Counted from the stretch's first letter, positions 23,958-31,611 are shown. The stretch is 32,000 bases of DNA from Mycolicibacterium smegmatis (GCF_001457595.1 NZ_LN831039.1:2430001-2462000), one strand, 5' to 3'. Translations and numbers: made by a program. Notes: generated from the sequence alone by a model not told the origin.

Positions 23958-24659
23958 GTGACCCCGCTGTCCCTCACCCTCGGCTACATGCCCGGCGGGA
24001 CGCCCGCGAAGTGGGCGCGGATCTGGGCGCAGCGCCATCCCGACGTGCTACTCGACCTGCATCCCGTCGCCGCCGCGGACGCCGCCGACGCCGTGCGGTC
24101 CGGAACCGTCGACGTCACGCTGCTGCGCCTGCCCACCGACACGACCGGACTGGCCGTCATCCCGCTGTACGAGGAGACGACGGTGGCCGTGGTGCCCACC
24201 GACCACGTCTTCGCCGCGGCCGACGAGATCACCGCGGCCGACCTCGACGGCGAGCCGACGCTGGTACCCCTCGACAACGTCGTCGAATGGTCCGCGGGAA
24301 ACCCCGTCGAGCACCGACCCGAAACCACGGCGGACGCTATCGAACTCGTCGCCGCGGGCATGGGGGCACTCGTCGTCCCGCAGTCGCTCGCGCGGTTGCA
24401 CCACCGCAAGGACCTCACCTACCGCCCGATCACCGACGCGCCCACGTGTCCGGTGGCGATCGCGTTCCCAGAGGGGACACCGTCGGAACTGGTCGAGGAG
24501 TTCATCGGGATCGTGCGGGGGCGTAAACCCAATTCGTCACGCGGGCAGACACAACCGGCGCCGAAGCGCACCGCGCGCGAGAAGACCCTCGCCAAACAGG
24601 CCGCCCGCGCGGCCGCAGGCAAGGTCGCGCGCAAGCCGGTCAAACGCGGGAAACGCTGA
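23958..24659 (+). CDS. LysR substrate-binding-domain protein lacking the N-terminal HTH, with a Lys/Arg-rich C-terminal tail
   Basis: Begins directly with the effector-domain strand LTLGYMPGG...WAQRHPDVLLDLHP..., then TVDVTLLRLP and LVAAGMGALVVPQSLARL. An in-frame TAG at 23946-23948 excludes an upstream HTH. The last ~47 aa are RGRKPNSSRGQTQPAPKRTAREKTLAKQAARAAAGKVARKPVKRGKR. Confidence 0.75.
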   Translation: MTPLSLTLGYMPGGTPAKWARIWAQRHPDVLLDLHPVAAADAADAVRSGTVDVTLLRLPTDTTGLAVIPLYEETTVAVVPTDHVFAAADEITAADLDGEPTLVPLDNVVEWSAGNPVEHRPETTADAIELVAAGMGALVVPQSLARLHHRKDLTYRPITDAPTCPVAIAFPEGTPSELVEEFIGIVRGRKPNSSRGQTQPAPKRTAREKTLAKQAARAAAGKVARKPVKRGKR

Positions 24660-25079
24660 CTACCGGATGGTGACCGATCCGTCGTCGTTGATCAGCCACG
24701 CCGGGTTCACCGCGACCTCCCACACGTGGCCGTCGAGGTCGGTGAAGTAGCCGGAATAGCCACCCCAGTAGGTCTTTTCGGCCGGTTTGACGATCGTGCC
24801 GCCCGCGGCCTGCACCTGCGTCATGACCTCGTCGACCTCGGCCTCGGTGCGCTGGTTGATCGCGATGCTGATGCCGCTGAACCGACCGTCGACCGCGACG
24901 CCGGTGTCGGTGGCCAGATCGGCACGGCCGAACAGCGCCAGGGCGATGCCGGGCAGTTGGTAGAACACCACCTCGTCGTAGGCGCCGGTCGCGGTCCAGC
25001 CCAGCCCCTCCTCGAAGAACCGCCGGGACGCTGCCAGGTTGTCGACACCGAGGGTGATCAGGCTGATGCGCTGTTCCAT
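24660..25079 (-). CDS. VOC (glyoxalase/bleomycin-resistance/dioxygenase) family protein
   Basis: MEQRISLITLGVDNLAASRRFFEEGLGW...GYFTDLDGHVWEVAVNP is a typical VOC fold. The ATG at 25079 has TAGGGT 7 nt upstream. Its stop abuts the stop of the upstream convergent gene (0-nt gap). Confidence 0.85.
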   Translation of the reverse strand: MEQRISLITLGVDNLAASRRFFEEGLGWTATGAYDEVVFYQLPGIALALFGRADLATDTGVAVDGRFSGISIAINQRTEAEVDEVMTQVQAAGGTIVKPAEKTYWGGYSGYFTDLDGHVWEVAVNPAWLINDDGSVTIR

Positions 25080-25219
25080 GCGGCCGACCCTAGTCGGCCT
25101 TGTGCCCAGCTTGAGCAAAGTGCGTCCCGTAGCCAAATCGCCCACTGGTTTTCACCTTCCTGACAGGCGTTTCACAGCATCGGCGCACGCAGAAATTTGC
25201 TTGCCGCGTCCACAACCAT

Positions 25220-25255
25220 GAAACGTTTCAATTCTGCGCGCGGTTTCGCTATTGT
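25220..25255 (+). promoter_or_regulatory. Predicted promoter (TTCAAT-17-TATTGT) overlapped by the perfect palindrome GAAACGTTTC
   Basis: Palindrome at 25220-25229. -35 at 25227-25232. -10 at 25250-25255. About 95 nt upstream of the MFS start. Confidence 0.35.
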
Positions 25256-25350
25256 CCTCGGGGAATTGCGTCGTGTGTGCCTCGCCACACCGGCGCCGTC
25301 GGTGACGCGCACACCGCTCTCGTGATCGCGTCGACAACGAAAGGCCAGGG

Positions 25351-26760
25351 ATGACCGCAGGGACGAACAGTGCGCCCACCGCGTCGGCCGCAGCACCGTT
25401 CTTGAGCCGGGAGCGCATCATCGCGCCACCTGGCTGGAGTCGGTGGCTGGTGCCACCGGCGGCGTTGTCGATCCATCTCTCCGTCGGCGCGGCCTACTCG
25501 TGGAGCGTCTTCAAGAAACCGTTGGAAGGCGCCCTCGGCATCTCCGGCACCCTCAGCGCGCTGCCGTTCACCATCGGCATCGTCATGCTCGGGCTCTCGG
25601 CCGCGGTGTTCGGCACGTGGGTGGACCGCAACGGCCCCCGCAAGGCGATGTTCGCCGCGATGTGCTGCTTCTGCGGCGGCTGGCTCGTCGGGGCGGCCGG
25701 CCTGGCGCTGGGGCAATATTGGATCGTGTTGCTCGGCTACGGCGTGCTGGGCGGAATCGGCTGGGGGATCGGCTACATCTCGCCGGTCTCGACGCTGATG
25801 AAGTGGTTCCCCGACAAGCCGGGTATGGCGACCGGTCTGGCGATCATGGGATTCGGTGGCGGCGCGCTGATCGCGTCGCCGTGGTCGACCGCCATGCTCA
25901 ACGCGTTCGGGTCGAGCACCGGCGGCATCGCCAAGACATTCCTGGTGCACGGCATCGTCTACGCGGTGTTCATGTCCCTGGGCTGGATGCTGGTGCGCGT
26001 ACCGCGCGCGGACTGGCGGCCCCACGGGTGGACGCCACCGCCGGTGCAGGCGGGCTCGATCGTCACCGGTGGGCAGGTGTCGGCCAACAACGCGATCAAG
26101 ACCCCGCAGTTCTGGCTGCTGTGGATCGTGTTGTGCTTCAACGTGACCGCGGGCATCGGCATCCTGGAGAAGGCCTCGCCGATCTACCAGGACTACTTCC
26201 CGACGGCCGGCGCCGCCGCGGGTGCCCTGGCTGCCGCGGCCGCCGGATATGTGGCGATGCTGTCGTTCGGCAACATGGCCGGGCGCATCGGCTGGTCCAG
26301 CCTGTCCGATGTGATCGGCCGCAAGAACGCCTACCGGTTGTACCTGGGTGTCGGCGCGCTGCTGTACCTGACGATCACGCTGATGCAGAACTCCAACAAG
26401 CTGGTGTTCCTGATTGCCACCATCGTGATCCTGTCGTTCTACGGCGCCGGATTCGCCACCGTGCCTGCCTATCTGCGCGATCTGTTCGGCACCTTCCAGG
26501 TGGGCGCGATCCACGGCAGGCTGCTCACCGCGTGGTCGGCCGCGGGCATCCTGGGGCCGATCATCGTCAACTCGATCGCCGATCACCAGACGGCGGCGGG
26601 CAAGGAGGGCCCCGCCCTCTACACCCTGTCCTTCTCGATCATGATCGGGCTGTTGGTCGTGGCGCTGGTGTGCAACGAGCTCATCCGGCCGGTGTCGTCG
26701 AAATGGCATGAGCCCGCGACCGATACCACCGATCCGATTGCCGAGGAGGCCCGCCGGTGA
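25351..26760 (+). CDS. MFS transporter, oxalate/formate antiporter (OFA) family-like
   Basis: 12 predicted TM segments. N-terminal WSRWLVPPAALSIHLSVGAAYSWSVF and GWGIGYISPVSTLMKWFPDKPGMATGLAIMGFGGGALI are typical of OFA-family MFS proteins. GAAAGG SD is present. Confidence 0.85.
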   Translation: MTAGTNSAPTASAAAPFLSRERIIAPPGWSRWLVPPAALSIHLSVGAAYSWSVFKKPLEGALGISGTLSALPFTIGIVMLGLSAAVFGTWVDRNGPRKAMFAAMCCFCGGWLVGAAGLALGQYWIVLLGYGVLGGIGWGIGYISPVSTLMKWFPDKPGMATGLAIMGFGGGALIASPWSTAMLNAFGSSTGGIAKTFLVHGIVYAVFMSLGWMLVRVPRADWRPHGWTPPPVQAGSIVTGGQVSANNAIKTPQFWLLWIVLCFNVTAGIGILEKASPIYQDYFPTAGAAAGALAAAAAGYVAMLSFGNMAGRIGWSSLSDVIGRKNAYRLYLGVGALLYLTITLMQNSNKLVFLIATIVILSFYGAGFATVPAYLRDLFGTFQVGAIHGRLLTAWSAAGILGPIIVNSIADHQTAAGKEGPALYTLSFSIMIGLLVVALVCNELIRPVSSKWHEPATDTTDPIAEEARR

Positions 26761-26900
26761 GCGAAACACCAGTCGAACTGCACGAATACCAGCCGACCGT
26801 GCCGAAGGTGTACATCGCGTTGGCATGGCTGTGGGTCGCCGTGCCCTTCGCCTACGGCGTATACCAGCTGCTGCTCAAGGTCGGTCAACTGTTCGGGTAG
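26757..26900 (+). CDS. 47-aa single-TM small protein translationally coupled to the MFS gene (MFS small-subunit-like)
   Basis: The GTG overlaps the MFS stop (GTGA). Encodes MSETPVELHEYQPTVPKVYIALAWLWVAVPFAYGVYQLLLKVGQLFG. Has high third-position GC. Not in the ORF track because of its length. Confidence 0.6.
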   Translation: MSETPVELHEYQPTVPKVYIALAWLWVAVPFAYGVYQLLLKVGQLFG

Positions 26901-26950
26901 CCGGACGAAAATGGGTGGAGCGCAGCGGCGTATCCAGGCACCCTGGAGCC

Positions 26951-27802
26951 GTGACCGTACAGCTGCACCCGTCGCCGTCGGCGTTCGAACCGGTGGCCGG
27001 TGCGGTGTACCGCGCCGACCCGGTTCTGTTCACCAATGAGCTGACGGCGCTTCGGACCTCCCCGTGGCCCGCCGGTCAGGTGCTGCTGTCGGTGTCGGAC
27101 GAGTCGACACCGGTGGGTGCGGCGGTCCAGATGCGGGGTTCGGTGCTCCTGGTCAGCGGGCTCCCACCACACGTCGCCGCTGCCGCGGCCTGCGAGCTGG
27201 TCGAAGTTCAACCGGCCCTGCCGGAGGTGCGTGGGACCCCCGAGGCGACAATGGCTTTCGCGCAGGCGTGGCAGAGCGTGACGGACATACGGGTGATCCC
27301 GGGTACAACGGACGTGCTCTACCGGCTGGGCGAGTTGGCCCCGCCGCTCGGTGTGTCGGGAGACTGGCGGCCGGCGCACGACGAGGACACGGATCTGCTG
27401 TCGGCCTGGCTGGACGCGTTCTACGTCGAGGCGTTCGGCTCCGAGCCCGACATCGACGCGGCTCGCGTTGGGCTGCAGGCGATCTACGACGCGGGTGGGC
27501 AGATTCTGGTGTGGACGGCGGCCGGGGTGCCCGTGTGCATGGCGAGGGTCCACGCGTGCATCGAGGGCATGGCGCGGATCGGTCCGGTCTACACCCCACC
27601 CGAACACCGTGGCCACGGGTATGCCGCGGCGCTGACGTCGGTCGCATCGCGCGCGGCATTGGACCGGGGCGTGCGCGACGTGGTGTTGTTCGCCGATGCG
27701 GCCAATCCGGTATCCAATCGGGTCTACCGGCGCATCGGCTTTGCGGCCGTGGCCGAGAACGTGCGGTACCAGTTCACTCCGATGGCCGACGCAGCCCGTT
27801 GA
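26951..27802 (+). CDS. GNAT-family N-acetyltransferase (two-domain, ~283 aa)
   Basis: C-terminal GNAT motif A: IGPVYTPPEHRGHGYAAALTSVASRAAL...NPVSNRVYRRIGF. GTG at 26951 is chosen. The ORF-track start at 26708 would overlap the MFS and small ORF. The start remains uncertain. Confidence 0.7.
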   Translation: MTVQLHPSPSAFEPVAGAVYRADPVLFTNELTALRTSPWPAGQVLLSVSDESTPVGAAVQMRGSVLLVSGLPPHVAAAAACELVEVQPALPEVRGTPEATMAFAQAWQSVTDIRVIPGTTDVLYRLGELAPPLGVSGDWRPAHDEDTDLLSAWLDAFYVEAFGSEPDIDAARVGLQAIYDAGGQILVWTAAGVPVCMARVHACIEGMARIGPVYTPPEHRGHGYAAALTSVASRAALDRGVRDVVLFADAANPVSNRVYRRIGFAAVAENVRYQFTPMADAAR

Positions 27803-28349
27803 TCAGCACCGCCACCATCGCGCGGGCGTCGTAACGGGGATCGTCTTCGGCGCCCATGCAGAGGTTGCCGATCGCACGCATGAAGACGTACGGGTCGATG
27901 CCCGAACGGATTTCACCGGAGTCGACGGCGGCATCCAGAAGCTGTGCGCACACCGGGACCAGTCGGTCGAGGAAGTAGGCGTGCAGGGTCTGGTAGCGGG
28001 CGTTGTCCGAATGCAGCGCCGCGGCCAGGCCGTGCTTGGTGACCAGGAAATCGACGAACTGGTCGACCCACTCCGCGAGCGCGGCGTGCGGCGAGTGCTG
28101 CTCCAAGAGGCGCGGCCCGGCGTCGGCGCACGCGTCGACCTGGTGGCGGTACACCGCGATGATGAGGTCGGCGCGCGTGGGGAAGTGCCGGTAGATGGTG
28201 CCCATGCCGACGCCGGCGCGGGCCGCGATATCGCGCACCGGCACCTCCACGCCCGCGGCCACGAACGCCGCGGCCGCGGCCTCCAGAAGCGCCTGCTCGT
28301 TGCGGCGCGCGTCGGCGCGCTTTCGCGTCGTCTTGTCGGCGTCGGGCAT
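27774..28349 (-). CDS. TetR-family transcriptional regulator
   Basis: RRNEQALLEAAAAAFVAAGVEVPVRDIAARAGVGMGTIYRHFPTRADL. GAGGA SD lies upstream of the ATG at 28349. The 3' end overlaps the GNAT 3' end by 29 nt. Confidence 0.85.
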   Translation of the reverse strand: MPDADKTTRKRADARRNEQALLEAAAAAFVAAGVEVPVRDIAARAGVGMGTIYRHFPTRADLIIAVYRHQVDACADAGPRLLEQHSPHAALAEWVDQFVDFLVTKHGLAAALHSDNARYQTLHAYFLDRLVPVCAQLLDAAVDSGEIRSGIDPYVFMRAIGNLCMGAEDDPRYDARAMVAVLINGLRRPSE

Positions 28350-28371
28350 CCGGAGATCCTCTCGTCCCTTG

Positions 28372-28420
28372 ATAAGCGGAACGACGCTCCGTATCGTAGG
28401 GGGAGCATTGTTCCGCTTAT
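28372..28420. promoter_or_regulatory. Perfect 11-bp inverted repeat ATAAGCGGAAC - 27 nt - GTTCCGCTTAT in the TetR/LLM divergent region
   Basis: Arms at 28372-28382 and 28410-28420. Candidate operator pair or stem-loop. Confidence 0.45.
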
Positions 28421-28472
28421 ATGGTGCCAGGCGGGTGCGCCCGTCCGTCGGCATCCGGTGAAAGGCCCGCCC

Positions 28473-29351
28473 ATGTCACTTGCCGAGAATGTGCAGTTCG
28501 GCATCTTCACGCCTCCCCATCAGGTCGATTACGCGGATCTGTTGCGCGTCTGGACGGAGGCCGACGAGATCCCCGAGATCGCGCACGCCTGGCTGTTCGA
28601 CCACCTGATCCCGATCGCGGGAGACGTCACCGGACCTGTGCTCGAGGGGTGGACGCTACTGTCGGCGCTCGCGGCGCAGACGAAGCGTCTGCGTATCGGT
28701 TTGATGGTGACCAGCAACAGGTTTCGGCCACCGTCCATGCTCGCCAAGATCGCCACGACCGTCGACATCGTGTCCGGTGGTCGTCTCGATTTCGGCATCG
28801 GGTCGGGCTCGCGGCCCGGTCATCCCGTCGCACGGCACGAGTACATCTCGAACGGGCTGCCCTACCACGACGCCGACCACGCGGTCGCGAGTCTGGCCGA
28901 GGCGTGCACGCTGATCCGCCGGTTGTGGGCCGAGGAGGAACCGTTTGACTTCGACGGCGGCTTCTACCGATTGGAGCGCGCGTTCGCCAACCCCAAACCG
29001 GTGCAGCGGCCCCACCCGCCGATCGTCATCGGCGGACGCGCCAAGGCCACGCTCCGAGTGGTTGCCGAACACGCCGACGTCTGGAACATCCCCGGCGGCG
29101 ACATCGAGGACATGGTGCGCCGCAGCGCGATGCTCGACGGCTACTGCGCCGAAATCGGCCGGGACTCAAAGGAGATCACGCGGTCCACGGTGCTCGGAGT
29201 GTCCTACGACCAGCCGGGGCAGACCCGGGCCGCGGTGAAAGAAGCCGTCGACGCCGGGTTCGGCCACATCGTCCTGATGCTGCCGACCCCGTACCCCGAC
29301 AACGCCGTCCGCTGGGTCGCCGACGAAATCACCACGCCGACGGCGTCATAG
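28473..29351 (+). CDS. LLM-class (luciferase-like) oxidoreductase, probably F420-dependent (Rv1855c-like)
   Basis: FGIFTPP...AWLFDHL...EGWTLLSALAAQTKRLRIGLMVTSNRFRPPSMLAKIATTVDIVSGGRLDFGIGSG is typical of this LLM subgroup. The ATG at 28473 follows GAAAGG. The ORF-track 27696 start is a spurious extension. Confidence 0.85.
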   Translation: MSLAENVQFGIFTPPHQVDYADLLRVWTEADEIPEIAHAWLFDHLIPIAGDVTGPVLEGWTLLSALAAQTKRLRIGLMVTSNRFRPPSMLAKIATTVDIVSGGRLDFGIGSGSRPGHPVARHEYISNGLPYHDADHAVASLAEACTLIRRLWAEEEPFDFDGGFYRLERAFANPKPVQRPHPPIVIGGRAKATLRVVAEHADVWNIPGGDIEDMVRRSAMLDGYCAEIGRDSKEITRSTVLGVSYDQPGQTRAAVKEAVDAGFGHIVLMLPTPYPDNAVRWVADEITTPTAS

Positions 29352-29355
29352 ACAG

Positions 29356-29415
29356 CACGAGTGTGAAACCTCTGCGAAAAATCGGCAGATTTCTCGCAGA
29401 GGCTTCACACTCGTG
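29356..29415. terminator. 60-nt near-perfect hairpin between convergent genes (bidirectional terminator or REP-like palindrome)
   Basis: The 28-nt arms at 29356-29383 and 29388-29415 pair at 26 of 28 positions, with a GGCA loop. The element fills most of the 69-nt gap between the LLM stop (29351) and the reductase stop (29421). Confidence 0.7.
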
Positions 29416-29420
29416 AGGCG

Positions 29421-30608
29421 TTACTTCTTGATGACGTGCTGCGGGCCCTGGGCCTTCTTGTAGAGGGCCTTGAGCATGCGGTCGCGGAAGGCGGCGTTGT
29501 CGATCAGCTTCACGCCGGCCTCTGCCAGCTTGGGCTTACCGATCAACTTGTGCATGTAGCGGCCACGGCGGTATTCGCGCCCCCACGCGGCCTCCATGCG
29601 CTGCGCGTAGTTGGTGAAGTCGTCGGGGCCACCGTTCTGCAGCGCCGCGATCGCGCATTCACCTGCGGCCAAACCGGATTCGAGCGCCTTGGAGATGCCC
29701 GCGCCCGAGGCGGGCTTGCCCGCACCCAGCGAGTCGCCGGTGAACAGCACGCCCGGACGCCACGGCGGCCACGCCGTGAAGCCCATGGGCAATCGCCATG
29801 CGCGCACGCTCTTGTTCTTCTTGAGTTCCTCGATGGGCGGCAGCTCCCACGCGCGCGGAAGCGAGCGCAGGAACTCGCCGAGGAACTGCGTCGCGTTGAT
29901 CGACTGCCAGTTCTTGTAGCTGTTGACGTAGCCCAGCCCGATGTTGAACATGCCGTTGCCCATCGGGAACACCCAGCCGTAGCCGGGTAGCTGATCCCCT
30001 TGGAACACCAGCTTGAGATAGATGTCCAGGCTGTCGGAGTCCGGCCGGTTGGCATGCATCTCGGAGCGGATCGCGATCGCGGAGTAGCCGTTGTACTCCG
30101 AGTCGATCTTGAGCGCGCGCTTGATCGGTGAGTAGGCGCCGTCGGCCGCGATCACCGCGTCGCCGTACACCTTCTCACCGCTCTTGAGCACCACGCCGAT
30201 CACGCGGCCGTTGGCGTCGAACTCGGGTCCGGCCACCTCGGCGCCCTGGCGTACCTCGGCACCCGCGGACTCGGCGTGCTTGAGCAGCACCGTGTCGAGG
30301 TGGGTCCGGCTGACGGTGTGGCCGTGGTCGGGCATCCCGGGCCTGCGCGGGAACGACAGCTCCCATTCGCTGGGGCTGAAGACCGTCACACGGTTGACCC
30401 GGTGATAGGTGGCGACCTCGTCGGCCAGTCCCATCTTCTGCAGGTAGCTCACCGCGCGTGCGGTCAGTCCGTCGCCGCACGGCTTGTCGCGGGGGAACTC
30501 CGCTTTGTCCAGGACGACCACTTTGGCGCCGGTCTGTGCGGCCTGCCATGCCGCTGCCGACCCCGATGGGCCGCCACCAGCAATGACCAGGTCGTATCGC
30601 TGCGTCAT
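29421..30608 (-). CDS. FAD-dependent geranylgeranyl-reductase-family oxidoreductase
   Basis: YDLVIAGGGPSGSAAAW (GxGxxG), FPRDKPCGDGLT and GDSLGAGKPASGAGI are family motifs. ATG at 30608 (MTQRYDLV). Confidence 0.85.
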   Translation of the reverse strand: MTQRYDLVIAGGGPSGSAAAWQAAQTGAKVVVLDKAEFPRDKPCGDGLTARAVSYLQKMGLADEVATYHRVNRVTVFSPSEWELSFPRRPGMPDHGHTVSRTHLDTVLLKHAESAGAEVRQGAEVAGPEFDANGRVIGVVLKSGEKVYGDAVIAADGAYSPIKRALKIDSEYNGYSAIAIRSEMHANRPDSDSLDIYLKLVFQGDQLPGYGWVFPMGNGMFNIGLGYVNSYKNWQSINATQFLGEFLRSLPRAWELPPIEELKKNKSVRAWRLPMGFTAWPPWRPGVLFTGDSLGAGKPASGAGISKALESGLAAGECAIAALQNGGPDDFTNYAQRMEAAWGREYRRGRYMHKLIGKPKLAEAGVKLIDNAAFRDRMLKALYKKAQGPQHVIKK

Positions 30609-30746
30609 GAGCCTCGTCTCGTTGATTGAGTGTCGCTGAAATAGTACCCAAGCCCGCACGCGCCAGTGTGGCGGGAAAACAACCGGCCACCGGGGGTGAT
30701 CGCGTGTTGGTGTGCGGTCTGAGCAGGTCAGCACTATCAGGGCGAG

Positions 30747-30752
30747 TACAGT
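30747..30752 (+). promoter_or_regulatory. -10 element TACAGT placed for a leaderless TetR transcript
   Basis: A TANNNT hexamer ends 6 nt before GTG 30759. There is no SD. Confidence 0.35.
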
Positions 30753-30758
30753 AATCGC

Positions 30759-31496
30759 GTGCGGCGAGGGTCGAGATCACATTCCGGCGGTCCGGGGGTC
30801 AAGGTTGACGCCCGCAGTGAGCGCTGGCGTGAGCACCGTAAAAAGGTGCGCTCGGAGATCGTCGACGCCGCGTTCCGTGCGATCGACCGGCTGGGCCCCG
30901 AGCTGAGTTTGCGCGAGATCGCCGAAGAGGCCGGCACCGCCAAACCCAAGATCTACCGTCACTTCACCGACAAGTCGGACCTGTTCCAGGCGATCGGCGA
31001 GCGGTTGCGCGACATGCTGTGGTCGGCGATCTTCCCGTCGATCAACCTCGCCTCCGATCCGGCCCGCGAGGTGATCCGTCGCAGCGTCGAACAGTACGTG
31101 CGATTGGTCGACGAACATCCCAACGTACTGCGGTTCCTCATCCAGGGGCGGTTCGCCGAGCAGAGCGAGTCGACCATGCGCGCGCTCAACGAGGGCCGCG
31201 GCATCACGCTCGCGATGGCCGACATGTTCTCCCACGAACTTCGCGAGATGGAACTCGACGGCGCCGCCATCGAACTGGCCGCGTTCGCGACGTTCGGCGC
31301 GGCCGCGTCGGCCACGGACTGGTGGCTGGGCAGTAAAGAGGACAGCCCGCGCCGCATGCCCGCAGACGAGTTCGTCAACCACCTGACCACGATCATGGTC
31401 GGCTCCATCAACGGCACCTGCGAGCTGCTGGGCATCCGGATCGACCCGGATCTGCCCCTGCACGAGGGTGTGCAGCGCCGCGAACGCGCCAGTTAG
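30759..31496 (+). CDS. TetR-family transcriptional regulator
   Basis: HTH LSLREIAEEAGTAKPKIYRHFTDKSDLF. GTG at 30759 is the only in-frame start upstream of the HTH. Confidence 0.85.
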   Translation: MRRGSRSHSGGPGVKVDARSERWREHRKKVRSEIVDAAFRAIDRLGPELSLREIAEEAGTAKPKIYRHFTDKSDLFQAIGERLRDMLWSAIFPSINLASDPAREVIRRSVEQYVRLVDEHPNVLRFLIQGRFAEQSESTMRALNEGRGITLAMADMFSHELREMELDGAAIELAAFATFGAAASATDWWLGSKEDSPRRMPADEFVNHLTTIMVGSINGTCELLGIRIDPDLPLHEGVQRRERAS

Positions 31497-31611
31497 TCAC
31501 ACCAGTCACATCGCGCAACTCTCGGGGTGGTCCGAGCGTTGACAGGTCAGCCACCGCGCCGGACACTGGCAAATATCCGGTACCGGCGTTCCCAGGAAAG
31601 GACCTGAAACC

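Noticed and set aside
26708-26950. N-terminal extension of the GNAT ORF (364 aa in the track). Likewise the 27696 start for the LLM oxidoreductase, the 29421-30734 extension of the reductase, and the 1382-3013 and 3035-4699 extensions.
   Set aside because: The extensions overlap neighbouring well-supported genes or intergenic promoters, lack SD sequences, and add Arg/Pro-rich sequence with no homology. Internal starts with an SD or a homologous N-terminus were chosen instead.
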